Numbered from the whole stretch's first letter, positions 47,031 through 58,389 are shown. The stretch: 62,997 bases of DNA, filler included, from Trichomonas gallinae (GCA_008369845.1; 9 parts of 9 records of this genome joined end to end with filler, not necessarily neighbours in it), one strand, 5' to 3'. Translations and numbers: made by a program. Notes: a model not told the origin generated them from the sequence alone.

Positions 47031-47399
47031 TTATTCGGACTTTGACATGTTCTGGTAGAATTCAGTGACAACTGATGTAGATAAGATGCAGAGCATGAAA
47101 ACGGTTGGGATCGTCCAGAAGACGAATGTGAAATAACCATTATCGCTGAAAACTTTTGGAGAAAGTCCAAGGAACTCGTAAGAGTCCATGAAGATTTCTG
47201 TGATCAAATCTGATGAAACGGCAAGAGCTGCGATGAACATCATCAAGTAACCGCGTGTCTTTCTGTAGTAGGCTGATGCGAAGGAAACGATTGTGAGAAT
47301 TGCCATTGATGCGATCAAGGACACCATGAACGGGAGTGTCCAATCGATGTATGAGAACATCTTTACGAGGGATGTTGTGTTAACTTGTGTGAAGAACAT
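47031..47399 (-). CDS. TMEM18-like small membrane protein
   Basis: Three TMs. IDWTLPF and VFSDNGYFTFVFWTIP parallel TMEM18 DWTEPW and YFDSRGMFISIVFSAP. Confidence 0.65.
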   Translation of the reverse strand: MFFTQVNTTSLVKMFSYIDWTLPFMVSLIASMAILTIVSFASAYYRKTRGYLMMFIAALAVSSDLITEIFMDSYEFLGLSPKVFSDNGYFTFVFWTIPTVFMLCILSTSVVTEFYQNMSKSE

Positions 47400-48476
47400 T
47401 ATTTAATATGATATTTGAATCACACAGAAAAATCTAAGTTCGAGAGATTTTTTGGAATATTGCATATAAATGCATAATTAGTTAGATTACAAACAAATAA
47501 AATCACGAACCATTTATATTGAGGGCTCATTTTGAAAAAATCTCACAAAAATTGAGAGGCGAAGTAGGAAAAATTGTGAAGCTTTTTTGAGAAAGAACTC
47601 AGAAAAAGAATTTACTCGTGAAGTAAAAAATAGATTATCACGTAAATATTGATCGCCATACATGAACGAGCATATACGTTGCTTTTTGAGTAAAATATAT
47701 TTTATGAGACTATTCAAATTTCATTCAAACTAAAAATAGGTTTAAGATACTTATCATATAATTATATGCATTATTTCTCCAATTTTTTTACATCGGCCTT
47801 ACCTCGCTTAATTCGAAAAAAAAATTGTGATATCGAACTAAGGCATAGGAATATCAAATTATTAGCTTCTTCTTTCAAAAACTCGTAAAGTGTTTGAACA
47901 TTTAATTTCTATTTGATTTCTTTTCGGTAAATTTTTTGTTAAATGTGCAGTAATTAATATTTTATTAGTTGGTTATAATGTCCAAAATCAAATTACATGT
48001 ATCGTTCAACTTTTGAAAGTCTTAAATGGCAAGATAAGAAACTATGTGTCATTTCTATTGTACTATCCTAATATCATAAAATTAATGTTAACTCATAATA
48101 TTGGCACTTTTATCGCTAAATTGAGCGAATTGAGAAAGTTAAATGCTCAAATTAATTTTAAGCATTTTAACAATAATGGTTGATGTTAATTTGAATAAAA
48201 AGTATATTTAATATTTTTATGCAAATATGGTATCTATATCTATAGTAGAGTTCAAATTCTTATTTATTTTCATTTTTCTTTGAGTTTGAAATTTAAAATA
48301 ACGATGCTAAAAGGCTCACTTTTTGCGTAAAAAACTACGCAAAAAAAATCCTCGCACGCCGCTATCGCGTCGTGCTNNNNNNNNNNNNNNNNNNNNNNNN
48401 NNNNNNNNNNNNNNNNNNNNTTAATTAATTAANNNNNNNNNNNNNNNNNNNNNNNNNNNNNNNNNNNNNNNNNNNN

Positions 48477-48549
48477 CCCACGGGCGTCGCTCTGACTGGC
48501 TGATATGAAGCACTTTTTCAAATTTTGTAAACCATTCAAACCTACCCCC
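48477..48549 (-). mobile_element. DNA transposon terminus, TTAA-flanked (Kolobok-like)
   Basis: TGTAAACCATTCAAACCTACCCCC|TTAA emerging from a gap. It is the inverted copy of 14105-14128. Confidence 0.72.
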
Positions 48550-48652
48550 TTAAAAATGGCGTGTAAAAATGTTTATTTGTCAGAAAACCACACCGCCATT
48601 GATAATTAAACAATAAAGATTTACGAGATAATAGCATATATATTTATAAACA

Positions 48653-49933
48653 TTATTCAACATTCATTAATTTTTCAAATCGATCAATATATCCATCTAT
48701 AGTATACTCCATTTTGCTTGTTGCAAAGTCCCATGGATCTTGGTCGGAGTTTGGTACTTCGCCATTAACTAAGGCTTCGGCACGAGAATCATCAACGAGA
48801 TTTGTCTTCACAAGTGAATTCAACGAATTGCACATTTGCTCTCTCGCTTTTTTCAACTCAATATCTACTTTTGTAGGATCTTCTACCGGATCAAAAACAA
48901 GCTCTGTTAATTGAATTTCTTGACCACAAATTGGGCATCTGCAAAAGCTTGTTTTCATCATTGATTCTATGAGGTCTATTATTCTAAAGCTACGGCAGTT
49001 CATACACTTTCTGTTTTTAGATCGATAAAATATATCAGTTAAAGGAATTGAAGATTCAACTGGATTTTTTGGTAAATTCAATATTTCCCTTGTTATCTGA
49101 TCATATGGCTTGCGATGAGCATAATAAACAGTGAAAATTGCAAGACTCTCGATAATTGCTGGAGGAAATGTGACATGATATGGTGTAGTTAATTTCTTTC
49201 CTGGGTTGATGTAATAGAAGAAATTTGTTGCAGTACCGAATGATCCTGGTAAAACTTCTTTGTTATTTACAATAATTGGAGTTCTTGGTCTGTTAGTAGC
49301 TGACATTGGATAGCTAATGGTAAGTAAAATGTAAGTATCATCTTGAGGCCCCTCAATATCAATTCCATTTACGTATAATTGTAAAATTTTTTGTTTTGAA
49401 AATTTAACTGTCTGTGCGTTGAATACATATGGTAAAACTAACTGTGGAAGTATTTGTTTTGGTTCTAGCGCGTTATGAAGAGTTTGAACAATTTTAGAAA
49501 CTGGTAGTTCTATATCAGGCATAGATCTGAATAAAGGCCTCAGAGTATTTTCTAAAAATTTAGGTATCTTTTCTTGAGGTGCATAGCTTGATGCATCGAA
49601 ATCAAATAATCCAAAAATTGTGTCTAATTTGTCATCGGTTAACATTTCTAATGCGTCTTTTAATTGGATTGTTGGGTTATAAGGCATGGTTGGTGGAATA
49701 ATTTGTGATGGTGGCAAATTTTTTCCTGATTTTGTTCTCGCGACTTTTTTCTTGTCATCTTTTTTCGGTGTTGGTGGTCTAGGCGCTTGATAAGGTATAG
49801 ATGGTGGACGAGGTTGTTGTTGTTCCCAAGGAGGAACAAAATTAGCTCCATTCCTCTGTGTCTGACGACTAATTTCAAGCAGTCTGTTGATAGCATCAGG
49901 TGTCAAGCCAGCTCTGTTTGGTGGATTAGCCAT
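48653..49933 (-). CDS. Protein with a degenerate MIZ/SP-RING zinc finger (Siz/PIAS-like)
   Basis: RSKNRKCMNCRSF...FCRCPICGQEIQLTELVFD near the C-terminus, and a Pro/Gln-rich N-terminus. Confidence 0.6.
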   Translation of the reverse strand: MANPPNRAGLTPDAINRLLEISRQTQRNGANFVPPWEQQQPRPPSIPYQAPRPPTPKKDDKKKVARTKSGKNLPPSQIIPPTMPYNPTIQLKDALEMLTDDKLDTIFGLFDFDASSYAPQEKIPKFLENTLRPLFRSMPDIELPVSKIVQTLHNALEPKQILPQLVLPYVFNAQTVKFSKQKILQLYVNGIDIEGPQDDTYILLTISYPMSATNRPRTPIIVNNKEVLPGSFGTATNFFYYINPGKKLTTPYHVTFPPAIIESLAIFTVYYAHRKPYDQITREILNLPKNPVESSIPLTDIFYRSKNRKCMNCRSFRIIDLIESMMKTSFCRCPICGQEIQLTELVFDPVEDPTKVDIELKKAREQMCNSLNSLVKTNLVDDSRAEALVNGEVPNSDQDPWDFATSKMEYTIDGYIDRFEKLMNVE

Positions 49934-50453
49934 ATGTGAATTAAAATCTTTGCTTGGAACTTGTCACGTTTTTAAATTTAGGAAATCAAATTTGACATTT
50001 GACATTTTACATGACAAAAATATAACAAAGAAAAGCAATTCTTGCACATTGAAATATTTTACTCATCACTAGCTATAATAACTAATTTTAACTGTAAAAA
50101 TATCATCATGGAATAATATATTTTCAAAAAAAAAATATCTAAGTTTCGCAAAGTTTTAAACTATCCATTAGATTTTCATATGTAATTAAATATCATTAAT
50201 GATATTTAATCTTGTTTAACATTGATATTTTACTAAAAAATTAAAATTCTTTTGATAAATATTAAAAATACACTATTATATGTGCACATACAGATAATAC
50301 TGAGCATAACTAATAATTCAGCTACTTAAGATGAGATGTTTATTAAAAAAAAACTATGTTTGAATAATATGAACGAAAATTTCAAAGTCATATTACAAAA
50401 ATCAACTTTTATTTAACAATTAAAACATGCGGATTCAAAAAAATATAATAACA

Positions 50454-51881
50454 TTAATTTGGAATTGTAGGTTGTAATAAATTGCTGCATGTTTTCATGT
50501 GAATGATTGCAACAATTGAATCTGCAAAGCAGACAGCTACATTCTCCGAATTTGGAGACCATTCTATTTCATTAATATCTGATGTGCCACGGAATGTGAC
50601 AAAGTGCTGAGAATCTGCAACATTTTGAACTACAATAAGAGCATCCAAACCTCCTGAAGCGAGATAAGCTCCAGAAGGTGAAAAATCGATTGTAATAATT
50701 TCGCCCTTGTGGTTTTCAGCGCTACTTAGTTTAGCGCCTGTCTGTGCATCCCACAGGATGACCGTATGATCGATAGAGCTTGACGCGAGAATTCTGTCTG
50801 AATTTGGTTTCCACTTCAAGTCTGAAATCAGCTGAGTGTGGCCTTGTAATACGTGGCTGCAAGTTCCATCTTCCCTCCAAATTCTGATTGTATTGTCGTA
50901 ACTTCCAGATGCGAGATTTCCATTAACCGACCAAGCGATTTTATTGACTTTCGACGTGTGTCCTTTAAGTATTTCCGTTGATCCGAGAGAAAGATCGTAG
51001 ACAACAATATTCTTGTCCAAGCTGCCCGTCGCAAAAACGTTATCATTCTTCCACGCGCCAGTTAATATCGCGTCCGTGTGGACTTCGAATTTCTGAATGA
51101 GCTCACCCTTAGAGGACCAAACAATAACTGATTTATCGTGAGAAATTGTAATAAGCTTTTCTCCATTCGGACTCCAATAAACGCCATATATAGGTAGCGT
51201 ATGACCTTCCAGGCGGTGTAGCATGTTGCCATTCATATCGCAAAGATAGGCGCAGCGATCGAAAGAGCCTAAAGCAATGATATTTTCGCATGATATGGAA
51301 ACGTCTGAAAAATCTCTATCGGCTGAATCTGATGAGAATTTGATATCGATTTTCTTTTCTGAGACTGGTTTTCCGTTCTCGATCGTCCAAATAATCGAAA
51401 CACCTTCAGCGCCTGCTGTAACGAGGTGCGATCCATCGGCTGACCAGCAGCATGAATATACATCTGACGGGTGACCGGCAAGAATTGTTGCATCTTTCGG
51501 AGAAAGAGTGATTGGTTCCTGAATTTCTGCCTGTTGTCTGTATGGATGTTGTATTGATGCAGTTGCAATTAGCTGGGTGTCTGTGATATCGACGCTCGGA
51601 TTGATTTCTGTTTGAGGGAATCGTTTCTCTATATCTGTGATTTCTTGATGTATTGGATCATTTGGATCTTTTCTGGCTCTTTGGATAGATTTTTGGACTT
51701 GCATGTATCCAAGGCTTTTCTGAAGAACTGATATAAGCGCATTTGGTGGAATATTAGAAGTATTAACATTCGATGACGACAAAAATGATTCATTTTCGAA
51801 AACATAGGCAGTGTGATCGAAACCGCTTTCCTTCAGGTATCGTAAAATGAGGACATTGACCTCATCTAACGACACTGCCAT
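50454..51881 (-). CDS. LisH + WD40 protein (TBL1/Sif2-like)
   Basis: EVNVLILRYLKESGFDHTAYVF LisH, IPPNALISVLQK, and about 8 WD40 repeats. Confidence 0.9.
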   Translation of the reverse strand: MAVSLDEVNVLILRYLKESGFDHTAYVFENESFLSSSNVNTSNIPPNALISVLQKSLGYMQVQKSIQRARKDPNDPIHQEITDIEKRFPQTEINPSVDITDTQLIATASIQHPYRQQAEIQEPITLSPKDATILAGHPSDVYSCCWSADGSHLVTAGAEGVSIIWTIENGKPVSEKKIDIKFSSDSADRDFSDVSISCENIIALGSFDRCAYLCDMNGNMLHRLEGHTLPIYGVYWSPNGEKLITISHDKSVIVWSSKGELIQKFEVHTDAILTGAWKNDNVFATGSLDKNIVVYDLSLGSTEILKGHTSKVNKIAWSVNGNLASGSYDNTIRIWREDGTCSHVLQGHTQLISDLKWKPNSDRILASSSIDHTVILWDAQTGAKLSSAENHKGEIITIDFSPSGAYLASGGLDALIVVQNVADSQHFVTFRGTSDINEIEWSPNSENVAVCFADSIVAIIHMKTCSNLLQPTIPN

Positions 51882-52608
51882 GATTTACCGAAAAAAATAT
51901 TTATGGCAGTTTTACCCAAAAAAAATTTTTTTCGATTTTTTTTCACACGACCAAAAATTTTTTATTTTTGGTTTTGACTTAATATTATATTTTATAAACA
52001 AATATAGATTAATAATATCAAATTTTTTATATACTTTGTCGTTGAAATTATCGAGATAAATCGAAAAAAATAATAATTTTGATATATTTCATTCTTACTA
52101 TATGATTCTATATTATGTTTTGAATTATTTTCATAACAAAAAAATTATTTTTATTTTGTCCTTTAATTAAGGATTATCTTAACAAATAATATGTGAATTG
52201 ATTTTATTGGGATTTGAATTAAATTTATCAATTCCTTTCATTAAATTTCTTTTAGTAAAAATTGATTTTAGTGTATTTAGTTTAGCTAATATGATATCTT
52301 TCTGTATTCTTAATTTTTAGAAATGAAAATTTATAAAGATTGAAAAAATATTTAGATAAATTTGTATAATTTTATCTTGATTTATATGAAAATCAAAAAA
52401 TTATCAATTTTTAAATCTATAGATTTTAACTATTTTACCAAAACTATGGATTTATCATCATCGATTATGGTTGTAGCTTGTTTTTATCTAAATTTATATT
52501 TTTATTAAAATTTTTTTGATGTCAAATAGTGAGTTATTGTGTAATACAAACAGTCTGCAATCAATAAATAGACTTTTAACATTTACATAATAAATATATA
52601 AAAATAAA

Positions 52609-53679
52609 TCATTCAGGCTTAGCTCCATTAGCAGCAATAGCATTCCATTCTTCTGTAGTAAAAGTTCTAACAATATTCATGTCCGGGAATGGTCTTGAAT
52701 TAAAATATGGGTGACGGAGTGCTTCTCGTGCTGATATTCTCAGATCAGGATTGTAAGTAAGCATTTTGAACAATAAATCTTGTGTATCATTGCTCATATT
52801 CGAAACTTTTTGATATAATTTTCCTTTCGAATTTCTCATCTGTGATTGATTTGACGATATAAATGACTGGAATGTCATCCAATTAGCATAATTTTCATGA
52901 TGTGGGAAGTCCTCTAGGTTCATAGAACCAATTACTTCAACATATTTATGAAGCATAAAAGTATTTTGATCTTGCGGTGTCTGTTTTTGTATGTCGAATA
53001 AATTACCAGTTAAAAGTTCTGCAAAAATGCAACCAGCTGACCAAATATCTGCTGGGTAACTATAATCAGGCATTCCAAGGGTTATTTCAGGAGCTCTATA
53101 TCCCATATTGATAGCTTTATCGGGCCTAATTTTTGTAATCGGTTCGGCAACTCTCGCGAGCGAGAAATCAATGAAACGAAGAATTCCTGGGGTCTGAGAC
53201 GAAGATGGCATGATTAATAAGTTGGACGGAGTTACATTGCAATGAGAAATTCCTCTAGCATGCATATAATCCAATCCAAGTAAAATTTGAAATAAAATAG
53301 ATTTGACGGTTGATTCTTTTAGCAGTGCTTTTTTGGCTGTCATAACTTTTTGGATATCTGTAGCTCCATATTCATAAACGTAGCTGATACAATGGTCTTT
53401 TGGCTCATAAGAAATATCATTTACAGCTGGATGAACGATATGTGGTGAATTTAATTCGCTTGTTATAGCTAATTCCCTGATAATATTTGGAGGTATCGTC
53501 AAAACTTCCGGTTTAAGCTTCAAACGCTTCATTGTTAATGGAGTTCTATCAGATGAGTCAGTCTTTAGCACTTTGCTAATGATAACATCTCTATCGGAAC
53601 TGGTCGTAGATATAACTTCCTGGGATGTATAACGCGCTTGCGTCATATGTTGCTGGGAAGTTAAACTTCGTTTCATCAT
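52609..53679 (-). CDS. CDK8-like CMGC kinase, predicted catalytically inactive
   Basis: IIRELAI, VKSILFQILLGLDYMH, YRAPE, DIWSAGCIFAELL. The catalytic loop reads HCNVTPSN and DFG is DFS. Confidence 0.82.
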   Translation of the reverse strand: MMKRSLTSQQHMTQARYTSQEVISTTSSDRDVIISKVLKTDSSDRTPLTMKRLKLKPEVLTIPPNIIRELAITSELNSPHIVHPAVNDISYEPKDHCISYVYEYGATDIQKVMTAKKALLKESTVKSILFQILLGLDYMHARGISHCNVTPSNLLIMPSSSQTPGILRFIDFSLARVAEPITKIRPDKAINMGYRAPEITLGMPDYSYPADIWSAGCIFAELLTGNLFDIQKQTPQDQNTFMLHKYVEVIGSMNLEDFPHHENYANWMTFQSFISSNQSQMRNSKGKLYQKVSNMSNDTQDLLFKMLTYNPDLRISAREALRHPYFNSRPFPDMNIVRTFTTEEWNAIAANGAKPE

Positions 53680-55678
53680 TTTTTTTTTTGAGATTTTTTT
53701 CCCGCCAAAAGAAAAAAGCAATCAATTTTTATTGGATTTCTAGATATATTTATGTGTATACCTTTAAAATATCTAAAAATTTACATAAAATCCTTTAAAT
53801 TTCATTCAAATTACAATAATCTTATGCTTTTAAGTGAATATTACTAAATATTATATCAATATAATGCTATTTATACCATTTTTATTCGATTTTATGCAAA
53901 ATTTCTAAATTTCATCAAAAATTCGAGATTTTCGCATATTCATATTAAGCATTCAAATACTTTCACTTTTACCATTATTATTTTAGGTGGAATATATATA
54001 TTTAATAGCAAAAAAGTGCATTTTTCAAAAATGTTGGCCTTCAAAATGGAGAAGTCTGCACTATGATACTTGTATCAATTTGTTTAGTTGACAAAGGTTT
54101 TAGTTCATGAAATTGGTTTTATTTGTTCAAACAAACATTCTTTTTACGCAATATTAATTTGAAATTTGCAATAATTTTTATTATTATTCCTTCTTCAGTT
54201 AATTGTTAAGATACACTATCTTTCTATGATATCTTGGTGATATTTAATAGGCAAATTTGAATTTTTTAATAAGATTTTTATAATTACAGCATCTTTTTCG
54301 ATTGAACGAACGCCATTATCCAACAGATACAAAATTACATCTAATAAGTATCCATTTTTTATATGATATCTTATGTATACTTATTTAAATCATAAATTGC
54401 ATTTTTCATTTTCCAATAGATTTCATATTCAATTCATATTCCAGTCAATCTTGAAAGAAAACGTACTACTGAAAACCTAGCTAACATATTCTTGGTGTAC
54501 GGATTTGAGAGAGATCTCAACGTTATTTATTTAAATAATTTTATTGATACATACTGTTGACGCCAAGTATCATATGAGATCCTTAGGAACTCGCTGTAGA
54601 AGTATGACTGATTTTAATGAGTATCGACTAAAAATCAAAATATCGTGACAATAATTTCAATCGAGAATATCATTCTACGGCAAAATTATTCTGCATCTCT
54701 TGTTCTATATGCATGTACTAGCATCTAAGAATTTGGAACGTTATATGGATCTGCATGAGGCGTTTTTCTCATGTCACTTAGAAAAAGTGGAGTTCTCCCT
54801 TTTTCTTCCTTCTGTAATGATGGCAGGCAGTACATTGAAAAATTTAGGTTTATTTGATTCAAATATTGTGTTACATTTTCTGACATAGTCTTCATTAAAG
54901 CAGACACATATTGTGTATTTCGAAGTGTGCAATACCAAAGGACTGCTCTCTAGATAATACCACATTAATATATACCAATGAAACATAAGAGAATACTTGA
55001 TAATAATAAATTTCGATCTCTGTCAAAAGTGTTTCTTATTTAGGGGCTAGTGCAAATAAAAAGGTGACATCCTAAATTTCCTTATTAATGCAAAAACATT
55101 CATTATTAGAATCCGCATCATCAAATATACCTTTTTAACTCACAAACATGCATAAATTCCTAATTTTTATTTCTTTTCATATGATTTCATTACAGTTCTG
55201 CAATACTCACTACACTGAAGCAGCTGCTTATTATAATTCACACGGTCTTTATGATTATGTCACATATTAATGACTTTAAGTAAGGAAATTCAAATCTCTA
55301 CCTTCTCAACAGGTGATATCCTATTTTTCGCATTGCAAATCTAAAGATCTTTAAAAGAGAATCTATTATAGAGACACCCAAAGGATTATAAAAACTAATA
55401 GGTTATTGTTCAATATTTTATGAGAAAATGATCATTATTCTTTGAACCGGACATTATTTCGTATGCTATAACTATCACTAACGTGAATCCGTATTTATGT
55501 CTCATGATATAATTTCGCAATTTAATTTATGAGATAATTCGCTCAGACTCACAATATATCATTAAATATAGGTACTGCGAAAGGTAATAATAAGGAAATT
55601 AACTAAATTTCACTTTATAAAAAAATGCCAATAATTTTCATTATAGGAAGCTTGTACTTTATTAATTAGACAGCTAAT

Positions 55679-55963
55679 TTAGCTGGAAATGAGTTCGCGG
55701 CGGTCCTGGCAGACAACGCATGGAGCGCAGAATGTTGTGCAGAGGCAATCCATGAGATCATCATCAGCTTCATTTCTCTTCTTGAGGACTTCCTTACGAA
55801 CCCAGAATGGATGGACGACCATGAAGATGTAGACCCACGTGCATTCGGAATCACGAACTTTGGCCCAGTTTTCGCCATTAGCGCATGGCAAGCAGAAGAA
55901 GCCCCAAAGGCAACCCATGATATCAGAGAAGCATCCGAACTGACCACCTTCGTAATCGTGCAT
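55679..55963 (-). CDS. PLAC8-family Cys-rich protein
   Basis: GQFGCFSD, CLWGFFCLPC and DCLCTTFCAPCVVCQDRREL. Confidence 0.9.
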   Translation of the reverse strand: MHDYEGGQFGCFSDIMGCLWGFFCLPCANGENWAKVRDSECTWVYIFMVVHPFWVRKEVLKKRNEADDDLMDCLCTTFCAPCVVCQDRRELISS

Positions 55964-56515
55964 CGAAGTTTTATGGCTTTATCAAAAAGCAATTATTTTT
56001 TTATAGAAAACACAGCGTGTCAAATATTTCCGAGTTGATTTTATGTGAATACATTTTGTTTATCAACACATCAGGCGTAGTTTGATCAAAAAAATCTTAA
56101 GAGTTCACAAAATATTTCGCTGGACGATTTTATGAAAAAAATTATGAATGATGGAATTTTATTTGGAGTTTCCGAAATATTCATCATACTGAGATTAAGC
56201 ATTTAAACTTCATTTTAATGATCAGCAATGGCCAAGTAAACTTCTATCGTCAAATAAATTGTTATTGCAATTTCCATCCATTGTGAAAGATTTGGGAAAA
56301 GTTTGAACGAGAGAAATGTTTTATAGCATTATATGATGCTATATGTGAAACAATGAGCTAGATTTGTTAATTAGATCCTCTAGAAATTTTAGATTAATTT
56401 TCTGTAATTATTTTTAATTTTCATAACTTCATTGAATTTATTGAGAATCAAAAGAATGATCGACTCCATTATTGCGTTTTCTTCTATTATATTATTAAAC
56501 TCCTAAATACTCAGT

Positions 56516-56901
56516 GTTTGCTTGAGTAGTTCCTAGTGAATGTGTCTCCCCCTGTTTTTGCCAACCCCTACTTAACAAATTTATGACACCACATCAAAAT
56601 TTTTGTACATCCTTCTATTGAACTGTTCAATTCCTAAATATGTAGTGTTTGTTATAGGATGCCAAGCCAGTAGTAAGACGTCCTTAATAGCATTAAAAAA
56701 ATCGCACTTTAAGTCAAGATAGCGACTATTCGACACCATCTACAAAACATACTGCCATCATGACAGTAATGGAAGCAATAAATTGGTCATTTTGGCAAGG
56801 TGCAGCATAATTAGTTTGCTTGACTAGTTTCTATTGACTGAGTATCCCTCTGCTTTTTCCACCCCTAGATTATTTGATTTATGTCACCACATCAGATTTT
56901 G
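56516..56901. repeat. Two degenerate ~90-bp direct repeats, offset 298 nt
   Basis: GTTTGCTTGA(G/C)TAGTT...ACCCCTA...TTTATG(A/T)CACCACATCA at 56516-56605 and 56814-56901. Confidence 0.7.
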
Positions 56902-56942
56902 AGAAATAACTAAATTTAACAAGAGAGAAAGTTCATAATAGT

Positions 56943-57041
56943 TTAGTCGAAAGCATGACCAGCGCAGCCAAGGACTTCCTTGTTCTTGCGCATGTACATT
57001 TCTGTGAGCTTTGTGCGGGCCTCACCGAGGTACTGGCGTGG
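56943..57041 (-). CDS. fba: C-terminus of class II fructose-1,6-bisphosphate aldolase, truncated by the gap
   Basis: PRQYLGEARTKLTEMYMRKNKEVLGCAGHAFD* fits the class II (DPRxYLxxAR...GSAGKA) C-terminus. Codon usage is strongly biased. Confidence 0.87.
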   Translation of the reverse strand, partial: PRQYLGEARTKLTEMYMRKNKEVLGCAGHAFD

Positions 57042-57456
57042 NNNNNNNNNNNNNNNNNNNNNNNNNNNNNNNNNNNNNNNNNNNNTTAATTAATTAANNN
57101 NNNNNNNNNNNNNNNNNNNNNNNNNNNNNNNNNNNNNNNNNTAAATCACATATATCAACAATTCTAATTATCACAAAATTAGTTCGAAATTCGCAAAAAA
57201 TCGAGTTGAATCACTTCTATCTCAATTCTTCATGGACAACTCCCACGAATCACATCAAAAATAGATAATATAGATTGATATAATTCTGTTATATGCATCA
57301 AATTCGCTCAAATACAACTTTTCGTGAGTCTTGATTGAAATTCAAAAAATCTGAATCAAATGACTAAAAATCAATGAGCATTCACCAGGCTGATATGTTT
57401 TTTCTTCGATTTCAGTTTCCGAATTAAATTTTTGATTGAGAACAAAAAATTTTAGA

Positions 57457-58389
57457 ATGAAAAATAGTGTGAAACAACGCAATTCAGCGGAAAGCATTGC
57501 ATCAGCAATTCAACAGATTACAGAAATGGCGATAAACTCAGGAAAAAGCATCGAAAGATCAGTTAATTGGATTACTGAATCGAAATTTTATCTTAGAAAA
57601 ATTGCAGATGCGACAGCACAGCTAACATCGATTAAAAACAATGCTCACCCAATGCTAGAGGTAGCTACATCGGCCTCATTTAAGGCTACTGCTGATGCCG
57701 CAGAAAAAGTTATTAAATTAGTCAGCGATACGACTCTCCAAAAAGCATTAGATTTCGCTCATAACTGTGAAAATAACATCCTACAAATAAACTCTTACTT
57801 GAAACAAGATTTAGAAGAATTAACTAATTTATACGAAAATTTTGTATCTGATATAAGTTATCCTATCTACAGTTCAATCAGGGAATGCTCAGCAGCAGGT
57901 TATGTCTCGCATTGTGGCTATTTACGATATGCAAATGCGCTTGATGAATTAGAAAAGTCCTTTAACAATTATTTCGCTGACATGAAAGATATTGATGATA
58001 GACTAGTCACTTTTGAATCAGGATTCATGAAAAATACAAATGGATTTTTCATTAATAATTTTCCTCATTCAGCAGCCAAACCAAGCGTACCAACGATACT
58101 AAAACATGATGATGCATATAATAGGATAATAAGAACCTTTAGAATTGGCTTTCAAGGATTTAGAACTCCTTACAAGGCCCCAGTATATGCAGCTCAATTC
58201 GATTTCCCAAGTCTTACGATGAGAGCACTTATCAATTTCAATAGCTCTAAAGTTGGTGAGATTACACTCCAACAAGGCGATAAAGTTGAAGTAATTAATT
58301 CTTCGTATGCTGAGTTTCTGAAGGTGAGAACAAAGAATGGTATGGAAGGCTTCGTCCCATACTTTGTTTTAGAACCATATTCAAAATAA
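57457..58389 (+). CDS. SH3-domain protein with a helical (possibly BAR-like) N-terminus
   Basis: ALINFN...EITLQQGDKVEVI...EGFVPYFVLE at the C-terminus. Confidence 0.85.
   Translation: MKNSVKQRNSAESIASAIQQITEMAINSGKSIERSVNWITESKFYLRKIADATAQLTSIKNNAHPMLEVATSASFKATADAAEKVIKLVSDTTLQKALDFAHNCENNILQINSYLKQDLEELTNLYENFVSDISYPIYSSIRECSAAGYVSHCGYLRYANALDELEKSFNNYFADMKDIDDRLVTFESGFMKNTNGFFINNFPHSAAKPSVPTILKHDDAYNRIIRTFRIGFQGFRTPYKAPVYAAQFDFPSLTMRALINFNSSKVGEITLQQGDKVEVINSSYAEFLKVRTKNGMEGFVPYFVLEPYSK

Noticed and set aside
54480..54990. Short ORFs here and at 13664-13888 and 58416-58676
   Set aside because: Stop-riddled coding-like relics without an identifiable family.
55666..55992. 108-aa ORF overlapping the PLAC8 gene
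   Set aside because: Alternative frame; the 55679-55963 frame carries the PLAC8 Cys motifs.
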